NCBI GenBank assembly: GCA_951406725.2
Contig: OX597816.1
Coordinates: forward strand, 132,556,001-132,620,000
Direction of reading: 5' to 3'
DNA: 64,000 nt
Source of the DNA: Octopus vulgaris
Lineage: Eukaryota
How positions within the stretch are numbered: the stretch's first letter is position 1; each line of letters starts with the position of its first letter. The notes under the pieces were generated by a model. It was not told the origin of the DNA. It ran no database searches and saw only the letters and a program-made list of their open reading frames with translations. The translations under genes and the position numbers were made by a program. Below are positions 38,991 through 51,254 of this stretch, in pieces.

Positions 38991-39075
38991 GTCATTTGTC
39001 ATCACCTCCAGTAATGGCCACGATTATGATTTCATGGGTGTCATTCACATGACACTAGCAATGCCCATGACTATG

Positions 39076-39115
<40 letters not shown>

Positions 39116-39152
39116 TTGATACAATTATGAATTATTCTATTTACAATGTATA

Positions 39153-39369
39153 CGAGGAATGCTGAAAAGTTGTGAGCTGTGGGTAAAAGGGAATACAGAA
39201 GGATCAGTTAATTATGATTTTATTCAACATATTCCCCTTCTCAGAGTCACACACTTATTACAGCAGTCCTTCAGTTTTTCTAAGCCCTGTAAAAGTACTC
39301 AGAAGGTTGGGCCTCCAATCAGGCCTTTTGCGATACCCTTAAGGCCTGGAACTTTTCAGTACCCACTTG
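39153..39369. mobile_element. Mariner-derived MITE
   Basis: TA-cgaggaatgctgaaaagtt...aacttttcagtacccacttg-TA; minus strand retains a frameshifted KCV..GEYVE* transposase end. Confidence 0.75.
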
Positions 39370-39542
39370 TATATGTTCTGCAAAGCATAAAAAAACTCTT
39401 CATTAAGGTATTCGTACTAAAACCTATATAATTTTGTATTTAGTATAACAAGCTATTTCTATAAGCTATTGCTTTTTGTTCCAACAACTCAAAGGTACTC
39501 ATTTCTTAAAGTAACTACTATTTTTGTTTCTTTTACTTTTAG

Positions 39543-39646
39543 ACCTCGGGAAACGATACCACTCGTTGATCTTCGCAAAGCATGTTTCCATCTCTTGTTA
39601 TCAATGTTATGCTTACCACTTCACTTCAGGGATCTTGAAATCAAAG
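39543..39646 (+). CDS. RALGAPB: RALGAPB exon (PRETIPLVDLRKACFHLLLSMLCLPLHFRDLEIK), 104 nt, phase 2-1
   Basis: ctttTAG acceptor, GTAAGT donor; LR..LLSxLxLPxHF motif. Confidence 0.92.
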
Positions 39647-39893
39647 GTAAGTATTTGTTAGCACTTGTTTGAATGTCTTCAGCTATGTATCTGTGTGTCT
39701 CTCTCTATGTGCGCGCATGCACACACACAAGCATGCATGCATATACCATTATATATATATATATATATATACACACACGCATACACACATCTGCACCTAT
39801 GCACACCTATACATACATGAATATATGTATAATTTATTTACACTGTATAACTATGAGAGAGACGTACATTTGTATGTATGCACTGTGTGTGTT

Positions 39894-39943
<50 letters not shown>

Positions 39944-40313
39944 TGCACGTGCGTACACACACACACTCTCACACACAAATAGCTCCAGATGTTTTCAATA
40001 CTTATGGGTTGTCCAAAGCCTCATCGATGGAACAAAGGGTTGTTTGAGAATTTCACAGTGGAAAAGAAAAAAGAAACTAGTGATGTACACCTACTTGCCT
40101 AACTTAGTTGAGCTAGATGTGGTTGGTGAAAGAATTATATATGCAAGCTCAAATCACTCGCATTAAAGTTAAAAATGTAATTTGTTTACTTACATCAAAG
40201 AGTAAATACCGGTCATATAATGGAGTTGATTAAATTTACATCATTAGCTTCATACACTCTAATGGTAAAGTTAACTTGTATATCTAGTCTTAATACATTT
40301 TGTTTCCTTTCAG

Positions 40314-40442
40314 ACATATTATCTAGTCCTGAAAATGGTGATCGAAAAATATCATTTATTTCTCTTAAATTCAAAATAACTGAACTATTACTTCGAGCAT
40401 TGCGCCAGGAAACAGATGCGTCAAACACACAGATGTTATTAG
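40314..40442 (+). CDS. RALGAPB: RALGAPB exon (DILSSPENGDRKISFISLK...QETDASNTQMLL), 129 nt, phase 1-1
   Basis: tttcAG acceptor, GTAAGT donor; FxSLK and ETDxxNTQM motifs. Confidence 0.93.
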
Positions 40443-41487
40443 GTAAGTTTGTCAATTGATACCTATCATCATCATTATCGTTTAACATCTGCTTTTCATG
40501 CTAGCATGGGTTGGACAGTTTGACAGCAGCTGACCAGATAAAATGCACCCAGATTTCTGTTGTCTGTTTTGGCATGGTTTCTATGGAACGATGCCCCTCC
40601 TAATGCCATCAACTTTACAGAGTGGGCTGGGTGCTTTTTATGTGCCACTGGCACAGGTGTGTCTACAAAACACTGGCACAAGTACATTTTACATGGCACC
40701 ATTACCTTCAAGACAAAGACTCCCTCAGCTAGGAGATTGAGTTGGGGCATAACCATAAAAGGCATGCCTGCAGTTTTACTTAGCTTGACATGTCTTCTCA
40801 AGTACAGCAAATTGCCACAAGTCTCAAATTTATTTTATATTTCTTTGTCATCAACATTGACCAATAATAAATAAATTACTTCAGTTAAAATTAAGTTTGT
40901 TATCTTCTGAAAATTTTTATTTCTCTCAAGCTTCATTGAATACAGATATTATATAGATGACTATACATTTGGACAAAAATGTGATCTATGAGGTATCCAT
41001 TTATATAGAGCTTGTCATTAAATGAAAGAAGAAATCCTATGAAAGCCGATGTTGAAATGTAAATAACTTGACCAAATGATCGTTGTCTGTGTATGTGTAA
41101 ACCTGAATATTAAATGACTTAAATACTTTGCAAGTGTTCAAATGGAAAGAAGAAAAATGTTATACATCTCATCTTTTGGAAACGCAGCAGGCTGGCAGAA
41201 TTGTTAACACGCCAGGCCAAATACTTAGCAGCATTTCATCCATTCTTATGTTCTGAGCTCAAATTCGGCCAAGGTCAACTTTGCTTTTTACCCTGTCAGG
41301 CTCAATAAAATAAGTACCAGTTAAACAGTTTAGCCAATGTAGTAGACTTACCCCCTCCCTTGAAATTGTTGGCCTTGTGCCCAAAATTAAAACCAATATT
41401 TTTCACATTATTAGAAGTGTTTTTTTTATTGATAAAGTATTAATTATTGTGATATCCCTTATCTGTTAATATTTGTTTTTGTGACAG

Positions 41488-41595
41488 GTGGTTTAATGTT
41501 ATTGGTGCAGGACCTAGCACTGTGTGAGGAGGCTGAGTTCCATTCTGTTCAGCCACAACACGATATCTGCTTGAATGATTCTGATGTGTCTTCAG
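41488..41595 (+). CDS. RALGAPB: RALGAPB exon (GGLMLLVQDLALCEEAE...DSDVSS), 108 nt, phase 1-1
   Basis: tttgtgacAG acceptor, GTATGT donor; VQDxAL motif follows NTQMLLG. Confidence 0.9.
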
Positions 41596-42665
41596 GTATG
41601 TAACATAATTTGACTAGTTTCTATACATGAAAATCTATATTGCTTCTGTTCCACATCTTAATGTAATGACATGAACTGGAGATGAGGGAAAATAAATAAA
41701 AGTGAAGCCATATAAATTTATACAATTAATGGAGAACAATAAGTAGCAGAAATGGTAGGAAGTTAGACTAGACACTTTGTGATATGTAGTTTCATCCCTT
41801 TACATTCTGTCTTCAGATCTTTTATTACTTTCATCATTTTTATGCCTTTTTTACCATATTGGCATTGGTTGGAAGGTCTCAATATTTAGCCATTTGTCAC
41901 TCTTTTCTCTTATTCAATACACAGTATAAAAAAAAAATAAAATAACCAATCATCTTTGCTATATTTGTCATGCTTTCTGATGGATTATAAAGCTAGATAC
42001 CTTTCTTATTATCAACCATTGTACAGTATAGACAAGATGCATTTTATTGTTTCCCAATATTAGAAAGAATATCTGTAGTCAGACTAAAGAGCCTTTGCTA
42101 CCCTGTATCAATATTTTTATTCTGGTTTACTGTTCTAGATAGTTTTCCTGCACTGAGTCTTGCAAAATCTTTATTTTACCTGTTCTTTCATTCATTTTTT
42201 GGCTGCTTAACAACCTGCCTATCACTAACAACTTTACAATGTTAACTGGGTGCATTTTATTGTGCCTCTGGCACTAGAGAGATTTGCAATAAGGTTAAAG
42301 AGCTATCATCTACTTGACATTGTCTCCTTTCACTCGCTCTTTTTTGCTATAGTTTTTACTGCTGAATGCCTTTCCTATCACTATCCACAATACGGTAGAA
42401 ACTGAATGCATTTTATCAATCATGCCCTAAGCAGTAGAGAAGATGTCATCAGCTTGACTAAAATGTCCCCTAAACTTTATATTGCTTCCATTTGATCCTT
42501 TATGTTTTTTAACAACTATAAGTCATTTAGTGTTAATTCAATCAACTATACCCCTCCAAATAATTTCTGGCATTGTTTCAGTGTGAAAAATCAATGTACA
42601 TACAATTATTTGATGATTAATAAAAAAAAAAAAATGTATATATTTCATTTCTGAATCTCTTCTAG

Positions 42666-42752
42666 ATTTCTCTAAGAGTAGCAGCTTATCTGGAGAGACA
42701 TCAGTTTTAGAGGGCTTTCAAAAGATTCCTCCAGTGCAAATGAATGGCTTTG
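42666..42752 (+). CDS. RALGAPB: RALGAPB exon (DFSKSSSLSGETSVLEGFQKIPPVQMNGF), 87 nt, phase 1-1
   Basis: ctcttcTAG acceptor, GTAAGT donor, open frame; lies in the poorly conserved Ser-rich linker. Confidence 0.8.
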
Positions 42753-45700
42753 GTAAGTCCTTTTTTTATATATATTTTTATTTTGTTCTTTATGCAAACT
42801 ATTTTTAAAATGTCTTTCATTTCCAACTTTTTCTTTTACTTGTTTCAGTCATTAGCCTGTGGCCATGCTGGGGGAAGAGATGTAGTTGATTTAACTGCTC
42901 CCAGTATTTAGGTCATATTTAATTTATCAACACTGCAAAAATGAAAACCAAAGTTGAATTGGTAGGATTTGAACTCAGAAAGTAGAGTTGTAACTCAATA
43001 CTATAAGTTCATTCTATTGTTTGTGTCACTAAGATGTAATTTGCTTATATGGATAAGTCCAGCATTGACTGTTTTGATTTCAGACACCCTCAAGGTTGAT
43101 TTTTGTATTCCATCTATATTGTCAATAAATTGAAAACCAGTAAATTTATAATAAATGTAATTTATCTGGTTAACTATACTGCTCTTCAATATAGAATTCA
43201 TTCATTTTTAGCTTTGTGAGTAAGGATCATTGTCAGTGACCTTTGTAACTCACCTTGGCAAAAACTGGGGAAATTGATGGAACTGATGCCCAGCCTGAAC
43301 ATCAGTAGGCTATTCACTGCAGGAAAACATTGGTAAAGAAAGAATAGGGGATCTGCAAGCGAGTGAATTTCACTAAAGGCTATCAGTGACCAGCAAATAT
43401 TGTTAAAACCAGGATATATGTTAGGCCCTGTTAAATGGGTCTTAAAGAATATAGATGGTAGAACTTGATGAGACAGTAGAATGCTGGGCTGGAAGGTTTA
43501 TAGTATCTAATTCATCATCATCATGTAATATTCATTTTCCAGGCTGGCATGGTTCAACCAGAGCTGGAGAGCTGCACTAAGTACCAAGTTCTAGTCTGAT
43601 TTGGCTTGGTTTCTACAGCTGGATGCCCTTCCTAATACCAACCACATTATAGTCTATGTTGGATGCTTTTAACATGGCACCATAGAAGCACTTTAATGTG
43701 GCACTGGCACATAACTCTTGAAGACCAATCCTCTTCAGCAGAAGGGATGGCCTTAACACTTCTGCTGTAGAGAACAGGTCTTGTTGAGTATAGCAAGGTA
43801 CCAGGTATCCCAGTCCTTTATTATCTCGTGTGAAAAGATCAACAGCTAGAGGTTGTCCTTCAGTATGGTACTAATTCATTACCATACTATTCTGATTTCA
43901 AATCTTGCTGTGATCAATTTTGATTTTCATCTCTTTTGATGCAGTATTATAACTGCCAATTAAATAGTGAGAGTGAGTAAATTAATTAAGTCCATACATA
44001 CCTAGTCAAAATAAACTTATTATTTCTTTTAGAAAATATTGTCTGAAAGAATTTGTATTATTGTTTATTTCAGCAATCACATGAGTTAGCTTCTCAATAA
44101 ATTCTTTCTGAATAACTTACCTTTTTAATAGTTCAAGAAAGCTTGAACTTGTACTAGCTAGAATATGAATATGTTGGTATGTTAAAATCAAAACAAAAGA
44201 CCTTAAAAATGTGTAAGAAATGTAAAATGATGTCAATGATAGCATGATATTTGAGTTCTTTTAACTGATTCCATCTGCAGAATTATATAAATTTCTTTCT
44301 ATTACTACAGTCTACTAAATTTATACTTAATACCAGTAATAAATACTAAGAAAAATTAACTACAAGACAGAAATTTCATAAATAATGATGCTATTATTTA
44401 TCAGAATTATGAATTCTAATCAAAATTATTTCAGTTTTGTGATAAATATGTGGAAAACAATCTTTGATTTCTTCCAAAACAAATTCTGTGTATGTGTATA
44501 TGTATATAAATATGTGTATATGTGTGTAAATATATATATGTGTGTAAATATATATATGTGTGTGTATGTGTATATCTATTGATATGTGTGTATCTGTTAA
44601 CTCACTTTTGTTAATTATCCATAATTTTTTTTATATAATTGGGTAAATGAATACTTATATGTATTATGTATTCTTATATGTATATAATGTATTCTTGTGT
44701 GTATATATATATACACACATGTATGTATCTATGTATGTATATGTCTATATATATTTCTTGTATTATATTGTCTAAGCATTGAATTATAAACATATTGGTA
44801 TAAAGTGAATTATTTCCCATGAAAATAAGAAGCTTATTTATTTATCTAGTGTATTAGACATAACAAAGTTTCAGTTAGTGGTTACCACAGAACGTAATGT
44901 TCCAGACTAAGTAATTTATGGCACCAAGTTAAATACATCATCATTGTTGAATGAGCTGCACTAGTCAGTATTGATAAAATATGTACCTATGTACATATAT
45001 ATATATATTGGTATTTATTCAGTTGATGCAATTAATGCAAACAAATGAAAGAAAGAAAGAAAATCAATTGTCATGTCTGAGAAAAATATACAATTTACTG
45101 ACTTAATATAACCTGTTCATAACTATAAATGTATGTTTGGAAACTTACAATGTATTATCTATTTTAAGTTTGTTTATGCTTTTATGACATTGTAAATGCT
45201 TCAGTTTTACCTGTGTTATTCTATTGGCTTGATTGTTTTGTCTCCAGTCTTTGCTTTCCATGACCTTACCTTCTTCTGTGTATGATGCAACTGTTAGAAC
45301 TACTAATGACTAATTCTTTGCATTTCTGTATGAAATACAAACAACTGTATTGTATGAAACTTTGCTTTTTAAATGTGGGATTCCATGATTCTAGCCAAAA
45401 AATATAAATATAATTGTTGAATGTATTAGTGTTTTGGCTTATTGGTAGAATATCTAGTAAGCATCTTAGTGTTTGATGACATAACTACAAAACACAAAGT
45501 AGAATATTGTTTGATGTTTTAACTGCAGCCACAAATGTCTCTTTCCTAGCACACTCAATGTCTGGTGACATTCGAAAACCATTGAGACCACAAGCATATA
45601 GTTTTGTGGGATGAGGTATGACAAGACTTGGTGGCAGTTTATATGCACATTTATTGCTACGTTTGTACAGAGTTTCATGAAAAACAGACAGCATCAAATT

Positions 45701-46487
45701 ATAAGAACATCGTATTTGTGGGAGTTGAAAATCTTAATGACTAAACTGACTTGCATATTGCTGCAAAAACATTTGGCGTTGATTCTTCTTCATCTGTGAG
45801 TTGGTATATACATGTGAAAATAGCTATTAGGAAGATTGTGTTGGTTTGAGTATGAAACCATGTAAACAGCTTTCAGAAGCAGAATTTGTTTATGACCATA
45901 GCAAGGGGAGTCCACTTTCTTTCTGCTTAACTGTGCCAAAAATGGCTGTTTACATTGCCATCACTGAAAGAATTTTCTAGAAATTAGCATGTGAATGCTT
46001 AACCCTGATTGGTTGAAATTAGTGTCTGCACAGATGATATATGGGTAATCCCCATGCAATCAAAAATGAAAATGAAGTCAACCACCCATAGTTTCAAACT
46101 TTTACAATCTTCTATTATTAAACACTGGACGTTAGATATGATTTGTTTCACCAATATTTCTGCTATGATATTTATGAACCAAGATGAATTGTTGAGTCCA
46201 GCAGTTTGAAATAAATGTCTTTTGTTCATTGTTTGCATAAGCAGAATTTAGTTAAATAACAGCTGAAGTATGATTCAAAGTAATCCAGCAAATACTACGG
46301 AGTTACAAAGATATGGCTGTGTGGATAAGAAGTTTGTTTTGCAGCTTTGTGGTTCTGAATTTCATGCCATTGCTTGGCACTTTGGGCAATATCTTCTACC
46401 TTAGTCTCAGGTTGACCAGTATTTCATGAGTGGAATTTGGTAGATGCAGTCTGTAAAGAAGTTCTTTCACACACACACACACACACA

Positions 46488-46519
<32 letters not shown>

Positions 46520-47953
46520 GATATATAGAAAGAAACACAAAAGTGGCAAGCCAGCTGAAGCCTATCAGAAAAAATCCTTAGCAACATTTCTTCTAGTTTT
46601 ACTTTCTGAGTTCAAATGCCATTGAAATCAACTTTGCCTTTTATCCTTTTCAGGTCAATAAAATATATAACAGTTGTACACTGGGGTCATACTGGCCCTG
46701 TCCCTAAAATTAGAAAAGTTGTATAGACACACACATTTGACATGATCAGATGGGTAAAAATGGCCATAATGTGACCTCTAAGATATAAAAATGTTGGCTT
46801 CATTTGAATCCTATTTGTGAAGAAAATAAAGAATATGTATGTGTGTTTGTGTCTTTTGTTGATGTGCATCAGTGAAAGATATGCAAATCAGCAAGAATAT
46901 GAAAAATCCAAGGCTTTGTAAACAAAGTTGGTTAAGATATTTGTTCTGCATTGAACTAGATACTCCTTTATCTCTGTTGCCATCAGAAATGTTAGTTCTC
47001 CATTGAAAACCGATAACTAACAAAGATATTCTTTGCAAATTGCGACATAGATAAATCATCATTGTCATTTTTGCATCTACTTTTCTATGCTTGTATGAGG
47101 CAGATTTTCTCTGGCCAGATGTCTTTCTTGTTGCCAATCCTCACCTGTTTCCAGTTAAGGGAATATTTTCCTATATCTGGACATGTTTTCCCGAAAGACT
47201 GGAAATAAACTATCTCACTTGTATGACACTGATGTTCATTTGAAGCTTTCACCTGACATTTAGACAAGGCTACACCAATCACATGCACACAAACACACAT
47301 ATGTGCATGGACACACACACGCACACACACACACACACACACACTTATACACATAACCACACAACTGACTTCTTTCAGTTTCCATCTACCAAATCTACTT
47401 GCAAGGCCTCAGTTGGTCCAGGGCTATTGTAGAAGGCACTTGCCCAAGGTGCCATGCAGTGAAATGAACACAAACCACATGGTTGGGAAGCAAGTTTCTT
47501 AACCACACAGCTATACCCACAGTTATTGCAATATAGATAAATATCTAAGATAAATCCATTACAATAACCTTATGTTGCAATTATAATCCATTCATTTCAG
47601 CTGTAAACTTATTGTTCATGTCCTTTAAGTGAAAACATATTGATTGACTTGTAGTCAAGAGTTTATGTCAGCTACTTAAATCTCATAGGTTTTGGCTTTG
47701 GTTGACTTGGAGTTACAGTATAAGACACTTGCCCAAAGTACCACACAATGGGATTGAACCTGGATCCATGGGGTTGGAAAGTTTACTTAATTATGACATC
47801 AATTCAATGATATTATAATGTTAGTCTTGTTTTTAACAGATCCGATTCCATTTTTCATGAAACCCATGTATTTTAATCAAGCTCATTGTACTATGAATTA
47901 GACAAGATATTTTTTAAAAAATTTATTAGGGACAGAGGCAGTATTAATACCAA

Positions 47954-48225
47954 GAGATAATATTTATCCCTTCTTAAATGTGGATGTTCTGATAGAACAA
48001 ACTATACTGCAGTAGTTACCACAAGAGAAGCTTTCATATTGGCTTTTGATGCAAAATGCACTCTGTTTATATTGCTATACGCAAGAGTGCATTTTAATTA
48101 AAGCAATATAAATAAAAGTGCATTTTGCACCAAAAGCTAATATGAGAGATTCTCTCATGGTAACTATTGCAGTATAGTTTGTTCTGACAGAGCATCCTCA
48201 TTTATGTGGGGATAAATATTACCTC
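47954..48225. repeat. Foldback with ~120-bp arms
   Basis: gagataatatttatccc...gcaaaatgcact..tatattgct mirrored by agcaatata..agtgcattttgc...gggataaatattacctc. Confidence 0.92.
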
Positions 48226-48278
48226 AAGATAGTTTTACTCTTATCTATATGAACTGCATTTCTAATACATTAATAATA

Positions 48279-49418
48279 GTTCCTACGCTAGGCATAAGGC
48301 TTGAAAATTTTGGGGAAGGAAAATAGCCAATTATTTCAACCCCAGTACTCAACTGGTACTTATATTATCATTCCTGAAAGGATAAAAGGCAACTTCAGAC
48401 TTGGTGGAATTTGAACTCAGAACAAAATGCTGTTAAGCTTTTTGTCTGGCGTGCTAATAATTTTGCCAGCTTGCTACCTTAGATTATACAGCAACAACAA
48501 TAATAATAATGATTTCAAATTTTGGCACAGGGCCAGCAGTTTTTGAGAGAAATGGGGAAGTTGATTACATTGACTTCAGTATTTGACTGGTACCTATTTT
48601 ATTGACCCTGAAAGTATGAATGGCAAAGTTGACCTCGGCAGAATTTAAACACAGAATGTAAAGATATTCAGAATTCCGCTAAGCATTTTGTCCAATGTGC
48701 TAACAATTCGACCAGCTTGCCACATTGAATAATACAATAACAACAATAATAATAATAGTTTCAAATTTTTGGCACAAGACCAGCAATTTCGGGGAAGAGG
48801 ATAAATCAGTTACAATGACCCCAGTACTTAACTGGTACTTATTTCACTGCTCCCAAAAGGATGAAAGGCAATGTCGATCTCGGCAGAATCTGAACTCAGA
48901 ACGTAAAGGATGAAATGCTGCTGAGCATGCTGACAATTCTGCCAGCTCACTACCTTAATAATAATAAGAAGAAGAATGGTTTCAGATTTTGGCACACAAC
49001 CAGCAGTTTTGGGGGAGGGGCTGAGTTGATTAAATTGATCTGTTTTCAACTGGTACTCAACCCCGAAATTGATCTGTGTTCAACTGGTATTGACCCCAAA
49101 AGGATGAAAGGCAAAGTCAACCTTGGCGGAATTTGAACTCAGAATGTAAAGACAGACAAAATGCTGCTAAGCATCTTGTCCAGTATGCTAACAATTCTGC
49201 CAGTTCACCATCCTATACCTTAATAATAATAATAATGATTTGACATTTGGGCACAAGGCCAGCAATTTTTTGGTGGGTAAGTTGATTATATTGACCCTCA
49301 ACACTTGACTATTACTCATTTTATTGACCCCCAAAAGGATGAAAGGCAAAGTTGACCTTGAACCCAGAATGTAAAGACAGATGAAATGCTGCTAACAATT
49401 CTGCCAGCTCTCCATCTT
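48279..49418 (-). mobile_element. Head-to-tail array of five Nin-domain-like SINE copies separated by (AAT)n
   Basis: Each ~230-bp unit has ggcacaagg..cagc, ctggtact, ggatgaaaggcaaagt, gaatttgaactcagaa, aattctgccagct. Confidence 0.88.
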
Positions 49419-49883
49419 TAATAATAACAATAACTTAAGATATTTGAGACATCAAGTATGTAATTACTCTGCTGAATTTATTATCATCAGCAAGAATATG
49501 GATTTGGTATTCAAAACCTTTCCAATCTCAAGCAAGCAACTTCACATTTTGCACCTCAAGTTGGGAAGTTATCATCATCATTTATAGTGATGGCAACATT
49601 CAATGTCCATTTTCCATGCTGGCATGTGTTGACAATTTTGACAGAATCCAGTGAGCCACAGGGCTGCATAAGACTCCAATATCAGATTTGGCATGTTTTC
49701 TACTATGGAGAGAGTATTTCAGAGGGTGGTAGGGGTGAGGGTGTAGGAAGTAACATTCCATTAGATATTGGGATGTTAAAGTATGATAGAGGGACAAGCA
49801 CAAGGGTCTTGTTACAGTGAAAGTAACATGGTTACTCTGCATTGTATAAACGTGAGTGGGAGTTACTGAGAAGATGAGACGGT

Positions 49884-50116
49884 AGGCGGCGAGCTGGCAG
49901 AATTGTTAGCATGCTGGGCGAAATGCTTTGCAGTATTTCGTCTGCCGCTACATTCTGAGTTCAAATTCTACCGAGGTTGACTTTGCCTTTCATCCTTTTG
50001 GGTCAATAAATTAAGTACCAGTTACACACTGGGGTCAATATAATCGACTTAATTCGTTTGTCTGTCCTTGTTTGTCCTCTCTGTGTTTAGCCCCTTGTGG
50101 GTAGTAAAGAAATAGG
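49884..50116 (+). mobile_element. Well-preserved Nin-domain-like tRNA SINE
   Basis: ggcggcgagctggcagaa...gagttcaaattc...gcctttcatcctttt gggtcaataaattaagtacca. Related copies at ~41185, ~46545, ~57160(+) and ~30180(-). Confidence 0.85.
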
Positions 50117-50429
50117 TAGGTATAGGGTGCCAGAACAAACTCTCAAGGAGCAATAGAGGATATAGACAGGTGCCAGAGCAAACCATTAAAGATCAAGAGA
50201 GTAGAAGGAGCAGACGGGGAAAGTGTCTTAAAACATACAGAATAATACAGTCAGTATACTTTAAACATCAAAAACTGAATGGGTAAAAAAAAGAAAAAAA
50301 ACTCTGAATCAATATTTTATCAAATGAATGATGCAGAAATGGTTTCTTCTTCACTTATAATTTTCTATTCACTAATATTGGTCAGTTGTTTCACCTTCCC
50401 CCATTTCCTACATGGTTTTCTTTAATCAG

Positions 50430-50522
50430 AGGATTGCCATGGCAGCAGAAACTTGCATGGAACAAAGCTTTCCTCCAGTTCGGGATCTTTCATGTTCACA
50501 AATATCAGATTTTGTGACACAG
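50430..50522 (+). CDS. RALGAPB: Candidate RALGAPB cassette exon (EDCHGSRNLHGTKLSSSSGSFMFTNIRFCDT), 93 nt, phase 1-1
   Basis: ttttctttaatcAG acceptor, CAG|GTATGA donor, open in the required phase, more GC-rich than its flanks. No recognisable homology. Confidence 0.6.
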
Positions 50523-51254
50523 GTATGATATTCTGATGAATTTACATTTTAAGCTTACAACAGGGGTATTTCATTCACATTATTACTAACTACTACTAGC
50601 TACTACTACTTTTTCTTCTTAACATTTTTTTTTTTACATTTCAAGTAATGTCCATTTTAATCATTGCTTCCCTATGTAGGCTTATACAGATATTTTTAAA
50701 GACTATATACAAATAACAATTGCCAACTAAATAAATAAGTTAGAAAATTTATGGCTGTATACAAATGGCCAAAGAAATTTAGTGGTTGTATAGTGAAGGC
50801 TCATGACCTAGTGGTTAGTGTGTTTAACTCATGATCATAAGATTGCAGTTTCAATTTCTACACCAGGCAACATATTGTGTTTTTGAGGGTAAAACCAGAA
50901 TTAGCTCCAGCCTAATAAGCTGTAAACTGTGACAGACCTGACACCTAAGATACATTTAGGAAGAAAATTGATAATTATACAAATAACAAAAAAAGAAAAA
51001 AAATTGACAGGATTCCAACATCCTTCTGGATAAGTCAGAACTAATTATATATATAGTCTATGAATGTATCTTTAATATTGTAGTTGTTCACTTAAGGTAA
51101 CTGATTGTTGTGTGTGTGTGTGTGTGTGAAGCTAGGTTGATATAGCAATATTAAAGGCGTCTACAACAAAATATAGCTGACTATTGTAATAATGCTTCTT
51201 ATTGTTTATAATGAAGTGTATTATGTCCTCTGCTGCTGCATTATTATTGGCCAG

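Noticed and set aside
45740-45802. GTGAGT donor with upstream branch-like and UGC motifs; considered an exon whose acceptor is created by A-to-I editing
   Set aside because: No genomic AG, and the possible AA acceptors give a frameshift or an in-frame stop.
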